In this document: in pieces, positions 55,085-63,100 of the stretch | Layout of the letters: every line of letters starts with the position of its first letter | Numbering within the stretch: position 1 is the stretch's first letter | Source: an uncultured bacterium | GTDB taxonomy: Bacteria > Chlamydiota > Chlamydiia > Chlamydiales > SM23-39 | NCBI GenBank assembly: GCA_964351495.1 | Contig: CAYGOC010000005.1 | Location: 16,407 to 80,406 of the forward strand | DNA length: 64,000 bases | Reading direction: 5' to 3' | Notes under the pieces: generated by a model | What the model was told of the DNA's origin: nothing | Database searches by the model: none | The model's input: only the letters and a program-made list of their open reading frames with translations | Made by a program: the position numbers and the translations under genes

Positions 55085-56309
55085 TGTAGTGGTTATAGGG
55101 GCGGGAATTGTAGGCCTTTGCAGCGCATATCAGCTGAAAAAAAAGGCCCCCTTTCTTTCTATTGCCGTTGTAGAAAAAGAGAAAAAAGTGGGAACGCAGC
55201 AGACCTCTCACAATAGCGGTGTGATTCATTCTGGTGTTTATTATCCTCCCGGGTCTTCTAAGGCCAAAAACTGTTTAGAGGGAAGAAAACAGCTTTTACG
55301 GTTTTGTGAAGAGAATTCCATTTCTGTAAAACCGTTAGGCAAGGTGATTGTAGCCACAGAAGAAAAAGATCTTCCGAACTTATATGAGATAGAAAAAAGG
55401 GGAAAGATGAGTAAAGTCCCTGGACTTTCTCTAATCGACCCTGAAGAGCTCAAAGAAAAAGAGCCTTATGCAACAGGAATTAAAGCCTTATGGGTTCCTT
55501 CTTCTGCTATAGTAGAGTTTAATCAAGTAGCAGAAGTTCTTTATAAAAAACTGCAAAAACAGGGAGTAACCTTTTTTTTAGAGGAAAAGGTAAAAAATAT
55601 TTTCTCTGCTGAAAAAGATTCCTTGGTACAGACTACTTCGCAAGAAATTAGAGCTTCTTTGATGTTAAATTGTGCTGGGATTTTTTCTGATCAAGTTGCA
55701 AACATGGTATTTCCTAAGCTCTCTTTACAAATCATTCCATTTCGAGGGGAGTATTACGAACTTTCTAAAGAGAAAAACTTTTTAGTAAAGGGGCTAATCT
55801 ATCCTGTATGTGACTTGAGATATCCTTTTTTGGGGATTCATTTTACGCCTATGATGAATGGGAAAGTCGAAGTAGGTCCCAATGCTGTCTTGGCTTTTTC
55901 AAAAAGCAGGTATGTAAAAGGAGCTTTTGATATAGCCCAAGTTTTGCGAATGGCTACGTTTTCTGGATTTTGGAGAATGAGCTTACAAAATACCAAGGTG
56001 GGACTTTCAGAGTTATTCCGTTCATTTTATAAGAAAAAATTTGTGGAAGATGCAAAAAAACTCATTCCTTCTGTAGAAGAGAAGGATTTAATCCCGGGTC
56101 TTATAGGTCTTCGTTCTCAGGTAGTTTCTAAAAAGGGGGAGATTTTGTATGACTTTTGTATCAAAGAAACGGAAAATACACTTCATGTTTTAAATGCTCC
56201 CTCTCCTGCGGCTACGGCTTCTTTTGCTATTGGAGAGGAGTTAGCAGAAAAGGTGCTTCAGAAAAAAGACTTTTTTTCCAAAGAGAAAGTGTATGCTTTT
56301 TCTAAATAG
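55071..56309 (+). CDS. lhgO: L-2-hydroxyglutarate oxidase-like FAD-dependent oxidoreductase
   Basis: YDVVVIGAGIVGL, TSHNSGVIHSGVYYPPGS, PFRGEYYEL, YPFLGIHFT, VGPNAVLAF and LNAPSPAATAS are collinear with E. coli LhgO as I recall it. I chose the ATG at 55071. Confidence 0.8.
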   Translation: MQKYDVVVIGAGIVGLCSAYQLKKKAPFLSIAVVEKEKKVGTQQTSHNSGVIHSGVYYPPGSSKAKNCLEGRKQLLRFCEENSISVKPLGKVIVATEEKDLPNLYEIEKRGKMSKVPGLSLIDPEELKEKEPYATGIKALWVPSSAIVEFNQVAEVLYKKLQKQGVTFFLEEKVKNIFSAEKDSLVQTTSQEIRASLMLNCAGIFSDQVANMVFPKLSLQIIPFRGEYYELSKEKNFLVKGLIYPVCDLRYPFLGIHFTPMMNGKVEVGPNAVLAFSKSRYVKGAFDIAQVLRMATFSGFWRMSLQNTKVGLSELFRSFYKKKFVEDAKKLIPSVEEKDLIPGLIGLRSQVVSKKGEILYDFCIKETENTLHVLNAPSPAATASFAIGEELAEKVLQKKDFFSKEKVYAFSK

Positions 56310-57345
56310 AGAGCTCTTTTTCAAAGAAGAGTCTTTCTACCAGTTTTCTATCTTCTTCTATCATTAAATGAGCAAGATCTTTTAGCTCGGTAGAAGCCCT
56401 CCATCCTAGTTTTTCTCGTGCTTTTGTAGGATTTCCTAAAAGAAGATCTACCTCTGTGGGTCTAAAAAATTTAGGCGAGATCCTTACTAAAGTTTGTTTG
56501 GTTACCTTGTCTTTTCCTACTTCATTTAAGCCCTCTCCTTCCCAGAAAAGAGGTTTTTTTATCGCTTCAAAGACAAGCTCTACAAACTCTCGTACGCTAT
56601 GAGTTTTCCCTGTTGAAAGAAGAAAATCTTCTGCGGTCTCTTGTTGCAGTATTCTCCACATTCCTTCTACAAAATCTTTCGCATATCCCCAATCTCTTTT
56701 TGCATCTAAATTTCCTAAAACAAGCTCTTTTTGGAGCCCTTTTTCTATTTTTGCAGCAGCTAACGTGATTTTTCGGGTAACAAAGTTTTCTCCCCTTCTG
56801 GGGCTTTCGTGATTAAATAAAATGCCGTTACAAGCAAAAAGATTATAGGCTTCTCGGTAATTTACCACAGACCAGTAAGCAAATAACTTAGAAGTAGCAT
56901 ACGGAGATCTGGGATAAAAGGGAGTTTTTTCTGTTTGAGGCACTTCTTGCACTTTTCCAAAAAGCTCAGAAGTGGAAGCTTGATAAAACTTGGTGCAAGG
57001 AGAGTGGGTTCGTAGTAATTCTAAAAACCGTAAAACGCCGAGGCCATTGATATCAGCGGTGCTTAAGGGAACTTCAAAAGAGCTTTGCACATGACTCATA
57101 GCGGCTAAGTTATAAATCTCTTCAAAAGAGACCTTTTCTAAGAGTCTTTTTATGCTAGAAAAGTCGGTAAGATCTCCTTCATGTAAAAAAAAAGCGGGAT
57201 GGTTTTGTATGGAGGTAATTCTAGAAAAATTAGAAGAAGAGGATCTTCTTGCCATTCCATGTACTTCGTAGCCTTTTTCTAAAAGAAGATCGGCAAGATA
57301 AGAGCCATCTTGTCCTGTAACTCCTGTAATCAGGGCCTTTTTCAT
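56302..57345 (-). CDS. gmd: GDP-mannose 4,6-dehydratase (or GDP-manno-heptose 4,6-dehydratase)
   Basis: KKALITGVTGQDGSYLADLLLEKGYEVHG, YQASTSELFG, YPRSPYATSKLFAYW and NGILFNHESPRRGENFVTRKIT. Confidence 0.9.
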   Translation of the reverse strand: MKKALITGVTGQDGSYLADLLLEKGYEVHGMARRSSSSNFSRITSIQNHPAFFLHEGDLTDFSSIKRLLEKVSFEEIYNLAAMSHVQSSFEVPLSTADINGLGVLRFLELLRTHSPCTKFYQASTSELFGKVQEVPQTEKTPFYPRSPYATSKLFAYWSVVNYREAYNLFACNGILFNHESPRRGENFVTRKITLAAAKIEKGLQKELVLGNLDAKRDWGYAKDFVEGMWRILQQETAEDFLLSTGKTHSVREFVELVFEAIKKPLFWEGEGLNEVGKDKVTKQTLVRISPKFFRPTEVDLLLGNPTKAREKLGWRASTELKDLAHLMIEEDRKLVERLFFEKELSI

Positions 57346-58139
57346 AAAATACTCTTTAAAAGAGGGTGGTTTGTGTGTAGAGCAAAACTGGTTTTTTCTA
57401 TATGATACAGCTTTACTTTAGAAGAGAGTCCATTTAAATAGCCATATACCCCCGGATAATTAGGGTCAAAGTCGTGCCATAAAATAGTCCCCTTGGAAGA
57501 AAGGTTTTCTAAAGTTTTTTCGGTGTCGCTTTGTACACTTTCATAAGAGTGAGACCCATCAATAAAGCAAAAATCTAAAAGGCCCCTTTCACAAAAACGG
57601 CTAAAATCATAAAGAGTAGAATCTCCTAAATGTTGTTTTATTTTGTGTTTTTGAGAACTCTCTTCGTATTTTCTTGTCTGTTTTTTTGTGTCCATTACAA
57701 ACTTTACTTCTCTTTGTAAGATGGGAAGAGTTGTTTTGTCTGCCGATCCCGGAAGATCGATCGTATGAATTAGGGCTTCTTCCGAAGTATTTAGAGCCAT
57801 TTGTAGGGTAGTATTTCCATCAAAGGTGCCTATTTCCAAGAGATTCTTAGGTAGGGTAATTTTAAGAATATTACAAAGGACAATTAGCTCTAAGTAAGAG
57901 ACATTTCCATCTCGAGTGTAGCAGTTTTCTAGGGAAATCGCCTCTTTTTTACAGAGCACTTTTTCAAAAGCAATTTTTTCCAAGCTAGAAGATCTATAAA
58001 CTCCTGCAGCATATAAAGAGGTAACACTAGGCTTTGCAATAGGTTTTATAAGACTTGGATATCTTACAGCAAAAAAAAGGGCTTTCAAAACCCTATAGGT
58101 TTTATGGAAGGTTTCTTTTTTTCCTTGTAGCTGAGACAT
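57342..58139 (-). CDS. class I SAM-dependent methyltransferase (Methyltransf_24-like)
   Basis: LLEIGTFDGNTTLQMA, IHTIDL and FCFIDGSHSYESV. I chose the ATG at 58139; the track ORF extends to a TTG at 58286. Confidence 0.6.
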   Translation of the reverse strand: MSQLQGKKETFHKTYRVLKALFFAVRYPSLIKPIAKPSVTSLYAAGVYRSSSLEKIAFEKVLCKKEAISLENCYTRDGNVSYLELIVLCNILKITLPKNLLEIGTFDGNTTLQMALNTSEEALIHTIDLPGSADKTTLPILQREVKFVMDTKKQTRKYEESSQKHKIKQHLGDSTLYDFSRFCERGLLDFCFIDGSHSYESVQSDTEKTLENLSSKGTILWHDFDPNYPGVYGYLNGLSSKVKLYHIEKTSFALHTNHPLLKSIL

Positions 58140-58384
58140 AGGGTCTTTCCTATTTTCTTGAAAGGGGAAGGGTAGGTGATACCTCTTTTTTTTGTAAAGT
58201 AGCGTTTTTTTTTGAGGTGGGTGAAAAAAACAGTAATGCAGATCCCAAAGTTTTTTCCTACAGATAACAGTAGTTACAGGTTCCAAGTATACTTATGAGT
58301 TCGCGGAGAGTTTAGAAGGTGGAGTGGTTTTTAATTAAACGAAACCTTTAACATGCTTTCTTCTATCAGAAAAACTGGAGAGCT

Positions 58385-59470
58385 ATGAGAAAAATATGCA
58401 TTGACGCAAGGATGCTTTTTTCTTCTGGTATTGGAACCTATATAAGAAATGTCCTTATAGGATTACAAAAGCAAACAGAGTTTCAAATCAGCGTAATTCT
58501 TCCTAAAAAATGGGCCAAAGAAGAAGCGGTTTTCCCTTTTGATAAGATTTTTTGTGAAGCGCCTATTTACTCCATCCAAGAGCAGATTCTTCTTCCTTTT
58601 TTAGTGCCCAAGTGTGATCTTTTTTGGTCTCCTCACTTCAATATTCCAATTGGTAAAATTAAAGCAAAAAAGAGGGTAGTTACTCTTTGTGATATGTATT
58701 TTGCAGTCCATACAGAAAATCTTTCTTTTTTGAAAAAAATCTATGCGAAACTTTTTTATCAAAAAGCCGTAGATTTTTCAGAAAAGGTGATTACGATTTC
58801 TTCTTTTTCTAAAAAAGAGATTCTGGATCATGTGAAAAGAGCAGAAAATAAAGTAACCGTTATTCCTTTGGGAGTGGATACAAAACTTTTCTCTTTGAAA
58901 AAAAAGAGGCAAGAAAGAAAACTTCCTTCCAAGTTTTTTCTTTATGTGGGAAACGTAAAGCCCAATAAAAATCTACCTAGGTTATTTCGCGCTTTTTCTA
59001 AGCTTGCTTTAGAAAATCCTTCTCTTTCTTTAGTTGTGGTCTCTAAAGCAAAAGAGGAGGAAAAAAAACAAGTTTTGCAAAAAGCGTTTAAAGAAAAAGT
59101 ACCTTCTTCTATTTTGTTTTTTAATGATGTTTTAGAAAAAGAGCTTCCTTATTTTTACGAAAAAGCGATCTCTTTTGTATTTCCTTCCCTTTATGAAGGT
59201 TTTGGACTTCCTCCACTGGAGGCTATGAGTTTGGGATGTCCTGTTTTAACTTCTTCTATAGAGCCTCTTTTAGAGGTGTGCGGCTCTTCTGCTTTTTATT
59301 TTGATCCTTGTAAGGAAGAGGAGATTTATAAGGGAATGAAACAGGTTCTAGTCCAAAAAGAGGAAGTAGAAAAAAAAATAAAAGAGGGAAAAATGCACGT
59401 AAAGAAATTTTCTTGGGAAACTGTAGCTAAAAGACACCTTTCCCTTTTTAAAGAGATTCTAAATAGATGA
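58385..59470 (+). CDS. GT4-family (GT-B) glycosyltransferase
   Basis: FVFPSLYEGFGLPPLEAMSLGCPVLTS (E-x7-E region). Confidence 0.8.
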   Translation: MRKICIDARMLFSSGIGTYIRNVLIGLQKQTEFQISVILPKKWAKEEAVFPFDKIFCEAPIYSIQEQILLPFLVPKCDLFWSPHFNIPIGKIKAKKRVVTLCDMYFAVHTENLSFLKKIYAKLFYQKAVDFSEKVITISSFSKKEILDHVKRAENKVTVIPLGVDTKLFSLKKKRQERKLPSKFFLYVGNVKPNKNLPRLFRAFSKLALENPSLSLVVVSKAKEEEKKQVLQKAFKEKVPSSILFFNDVLEKELPYFYEKAISFVFPSLYEGFGLPPLEAMSLGCPVLTSSIEPLLEVCGSSAFYFDPCKEEEIYKGMKQVLVQKEEVEKKIKEGKMHVKKFSWETVAKRHLSLFKEILNR

Positions 59471-60600
59471 AAACGGCTTTAGTTCATGACTGGCTTACCT
59501 CTTTAGCGGGGGCAGAAAAAGCACTGCAATCTTTATATACGCTCTATCCATCTCCTATTTATACATTGGTGGCGGATATTGCTTCTTTAAAGGGAACTTT
59601 TTTTGAAGGAAAAGAGATTCATACCTCTTTTATACAAAGACTTCCCTTTTCTAAAAAAAAATATCGAAGCTACCTTCCTTTTTTTCCTTTAGCGATAGAG
59701 CAGATGGATGTTTCTTCTTATGATATGGTTTTATCCTCTTCTCACTGCGCTGCAAAAGGGGTTTTAACCCACGCAGAGCAGCTCCATATTTGTTATTGTC
59801 ATACTCCTGTTAGATATGCTTGGGATTTGTATCACGAGTATCTCCGTTTAGGAAACTTAAAAAAAGGGGGAAAAGGGCTTTTAGCAAAACTGTTTCTCCA
59901 TTACTTTCGATCGTGGGATAAACTCTCTTCTAGTAGAGTTGACTATTTTTTAGCGAACTCTCGCTTTATAGCGAGAAGAATTGAAAAAACGTATGGAAGA
60001 AAAGCAGAGGTGGTATTTTTTCCGGTAAATACCCAGTTTTTTACGTTTCATCCCCAAAAGGAAGATTTTTATCTCACGGTTTCCAGGCTTGTTCCTTATA
60101 AAAAGGTAGATCTTCTGGTTCAAGCGTTTCATAATATGCCGAAAAAAAAGCTGATAGTTATAGGAGATGGGCCCGAATTTTCTACTCTTAAAAAAAGGGG
60201 AGCGCCAAACATCTCTTTTTTAGGCTATCAAAAAGATGAGGTGGTTAAAAGCTACATGCAAAGGGCCAAAGCTTTTTTGTATGCTGCTATAGAAGATGCA
60301 GGGGTTGTTCCTGTAGAAGCTATGAGCTGTGGGACTCCTGTTATTGCTTATGGTAAGGGGGGCGTTTTAGATAGCATAGAGCCAGAAGTTACAGGGTTGT
60401 TTTTTTTAGAACAGACACCTAAAGCGTTAGAAGATAGTATCGAAGTTTTTGAAAGAAAGACGTTTGATCCAGAAAAAATTAGGAAAAGAGCCCTCTTTTT
60501 TTCTAAAGAGAACTTTGAAAAAAGGCTTTTTGATGCAATCGAAGAAAAAAAAGAAATTTTTTACAACAAGAGAAAAGAGCATGACACTTTCATTTTGTAA
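59467..60600 (+). CDS. GT4-family (GT-B) glycosyltransferase
   Basis: FLYAAIEDAGVVPVEAMSCGTPVIAY. 4-nt overlap with the upstream GT4 gene. Confidence 0.8.
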   Translation: MKTALVHDWLTSLAGAEKALQSLYTLYPSPIYTLVADIASLKGTFFEGKEIHTSFIQRLPFSKKKYRSYLPFFPLAIEQMDVSSYDMVLSSSHCAAKGVLTHAEQLHICYCHTPVRYAWDLYHEYLRLGNLKKGGKGLLAKLFLHYFRSWDKLSSSRVDYFLANSRFIARRIEKTYGRKAEVVFFPVNTQFFTFHPQKEDFYLTVSRLVPYKKVDLLVQAFHNMPKKKLIVIGDGPEFSTLKKRGAPNISFLGYQKDEVVKSYMQRAKAFLYAAIEDAGVVPVEAMSCGTPVIAYGKGGVLDSIEPEVTGLFFLEQTPKALEDSIEVFERKTFDPEKIRKRALFFSKENFEKRLFDAIEEKKEIFYNKRKEHDTFIL

Positions 60601-61345
60601 ATATGCGATAAGGAGAGCTACTCCTTTTTTTTTATACCGTTTTTTATCGAAGGTACGGATTCCGGAAGAGGGACTTGATTTTACGAAATTTCTGGTTGCT
60701 AAGTATTTGGTAAAAGAAGGGGGAACGATTGTAGATGGAGGGGCCCATGTGGGTTTTTATTCAAGATGTTACACAGAGCTTTTGAGAAACAAAAAGGGGC
60801 GCCTTTTTTCTTTTGAGCCCAACCCCTATTTATTTCCTCTTTTACAAAAAACTAGGAGTCTTCCTAAAAAAAGACATGTTTTTTTACAAAAGGCGCTTTG
60901 TAAGACAAGTAAGGAGAGATGTTCTTTTTTTGTAAGGCCGTTTTCTCTTGCAGAGGACTCTTCTTTAACAGAAACCAAATCTTGTAAAAAAGTAGAGGTA
61001 GAGACTCTTTCACTGGATAGTTTGCACAAAACGTATGATCTACAAGACTGTAAACTGATTAAGCTTGATGTGGAAGGAAATGAGCCCCAAGTGTTGGAAG
61101 GAGCTTCTACTCTTTTTAGGGAAGTTTCTCCTTGGGTCATTTTTGAGTACATACAAAAAGAAAACAAAAAGCATTCCTCTCTTACCATTTTAGAAAATAG
61201 GGGGTATGTGGTTTTTGATTTAAAAACCTGCAGGAAAATAGAAAATCCCTACCAAACGGATCTTACCGATCTTCTAGCCGTTCCTAAAAAAGAGGAAGAG
61301 AAAGCAGAAAAGCTTGTACAAGCAATAAGGGTGTTTATTATATAG
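60581..61345 (+). CDS. FkbM-family methyltransferase
   Basis: IVDGGAHVGFYS and LIKLDVEGNEPQVLEG. I chose the ATG at 60581, which overlaps the GT4 3' end. Confidence 0.75.
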   Translation: MTLSFCKYAIRRATPFFLYRFLSKVRIPEEGLDFTKFLVAKYLVKEGGTIVDGGAHVGFYSRCYTELLRNKKGRLFSFEPNPYLFPLLQKTRSLPKKRHVFLQKALCKTSKERCSFFVRPFSLAEDSSLTETKSCKKVEVETLSLDSLHKTYDLQDCKLIKLDVEGNEPQVLEGASTLFREVSPWVIFEYIQKENKKHSSLTILENRGYVVFDLKTCRKIENPYQTDLTDLLAVPKKEEEKAEKLVQAIRVFII

Positions 61346-61368
61346 CAAAGAAAAACCTCAGGAGGTCT

Positions 61369-61776
61369 ATGAGAAAAGGTTTTTTATTTTTGCTAGTTTT
61401 TTCTCTAATTACTGCATGTACGGGGAATAAAAAAACCTCTTCCTGGAATCAAGATAAGGACATGAAAACAAACGCTCCCACCTATTTATATAAAGTACTA
61501 TCTATGGAGGATTGGGGAAAATCGTGTAAAACTATCCATTTATCTAACATGGATAGGGAGTTTATCCATTTTTCAACAGAAGATCAGCTAGATAGGATCC
61601 TTAAAAAGTTTTGGGGAAATAGTAGCCGGTACATTGTATTGAAATTAGAAACAGAAAAACTGGTAGGAAAGTTGGTTTTAGAAGCAAATCCAGGTGGCAC
61701 AAACAAATACTACCATTTGTATGGAGGCTCTATCCCTTTAATAGCTGTTTTGGAAATGAAAGTGCACCATCAGTAA
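61369..61776 (+). CDS. DUF952-like lipoprotein
   Basis: Lipobox LITAC. YLYKVLSMEDW...EFIHFSTEDQL...YHLYGGSIPL resembles the DUF952 pattern. Confidence 0.6.
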   Translation: MRKGFLFLLVFSLITACTGNKKTSSWNQDKDMKTNAPTYLYKVLSMEDWGKSCKTIHLSNMDREFIHFSTEDQLDRILKKFWGNSSRYIVLKLETEKLVGKLVLEANPGGTNKYYHLYGGSIPLIAVLEMKVHHQ

Positions 61777-63100
61777 CTTTTAAGGAAAGACTCTCTAGGG
61801 AAGAGGCTTTTAAAAAAAGACCCAGACAAATAGACGCGTGTACCCATAGGTAATTCCGGAAAATATTTTGGTTAAACTGCAGGACGCACATAGTTACAAT
61901 CAAAGAGAGAAAAAGAGCTATGAGTTGGTTTTTTTCATGAGAGGGAAGATTCGGGTTTTGAACGGCTTTTTTAAAGAGAATATAGAAGGCAATTCCTAAA
62001 AGAATAAATCCAAAAAGGCCAAAAAGGCCCAAGCTTGCCAAAACTTCTGTAAGAACATTGGTGGGGTCATATTCAAGAAGCTCTTCTAAGGAAACATCTT
62101 GAATAATACTTCCTTTCAAAACCCTTTCTTGGTGTAAATAAGGACCTACGCCCCCAAGACCCACTCCAAAAAAAGGATTTTCTAAAAAGACTTTCCAAGC
62201 ATTTACAATACCATCCCACCTAGTAGAAAAACAACCGTGAGAGGTAAAGCTTTTGTTAAAAAACTTAAAGAAAGTAATCAGAAAAATACGGGGAAACAAG
62301 AAAGCAAAAGATCCAAAAAGAAAAACTAAGAATGTAGAGAACAAAGCCATTTTTTTTCGTAAAAAACGGAGGGACTCTTGTAAAAAGGTAAAAAAACTAA
62401 AAAAAAGGGAGACCCCTAACAAAACAAAATAGGCAAAAAATCCTCCGGTAGACGTAGAGATCACAAGAAACAGATTTACAAAAAGAAGGGAAAAGAAGTT
62501 TTTTACATTAAAAAATACTGTTTCTTCGAGTAAGAAGAAAAGGTTATAAAACATGACAAAAGAGCCCATATATAAGGCATAAAAGGAAGGCTCATAAGCC
62601 CATGCGTGGGCTCTGGCAAATCTACCTAAAAACTGGGATAAAAAAGGATCATAAATGCCAAAAATCGAGAAAAAAAGCTGCAAAAAGGCGTGCGTTCCTA
62701 CCAAAATAAAAGAGAGAAAATACAGGCGTAAAATAGCCTCTTTTTTCCCTTTTACTACGCAAAGAAGAGGAAGGAGAAAGTAGCTTATAAACTCAAAGCA
62801 GTAGATAGCAAAATACCCTAAAGAACGGGAAATAAGAGGGCTAAATAAAGAGGAGATGAAAATAGAGAGACAAATCCAAAAAGAAGCCACCCAAACCATT
62901 CTAGGTAGAAAAAACTGCTTTAGAAGGGGAAGAAAAAGAAAGATGAGCATTAAAGAGAGAAGATGATTTGCTTTTAGGCGAAAAAAAACCAAAGTTATGT
63001 AGAGCTTGTCGGCAGAAAGAGTGACAAAATACAAAAAAAGCAGAAGGTAAGGAAGGAAAGAGGAAAAAGATATTTTATAGAGCTTTTGGGAAAACATCAT
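61730..63100 (-). CDS. Wzy_C-type polytopic membrane protein (O-antigen ligase or polymerase-like)
   Basis: About 11 TM helices and a loop STRWDGIVNAWKVFLENPFFGVGLGGVGPYL typical of WaaL/Wzy-family proteins. Confidence 0.6.
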   Translation of the reverse strand: MMFSQKLYKISFSSFLPYLLLFLYFVTLSADKLYITLVFFRLKANHLLSLMLIFLFLPLLKQFFLPRMVWVASFWICLSIFISSLFSPLISRSLGYFAIYCFEFISYFLLPLLCVVKGKKEAILRLYFLSFILVGTHAFLQLFFSIFGIYDPFLSQFLGRFARAHAWAYEPSFYALYMGSFVMFYNLFFLLEETVFFNVKNFFSLLFVNLFLVISTSTGGFFAYFVLLGVSLFFSFFTFLQESLRFLRKKMALFSTFLVFLFGSFAFLFPRIFLITFFKFFNKSFTSHGCFSTRWDGIVNAWKVFLENPFFGVGLGGVGPYLHQERVLKGSIIQDVSLEELLEYDPTNVLTEVLASLGLFGLFGFILLGIAFYILFKKAVQNPNLPSHEKNQLIALFLSLIVTMCVLQFNQNIFRNYLWVHASICLGLFLKASSLESLSLKVTDGALSFPKQLLKG

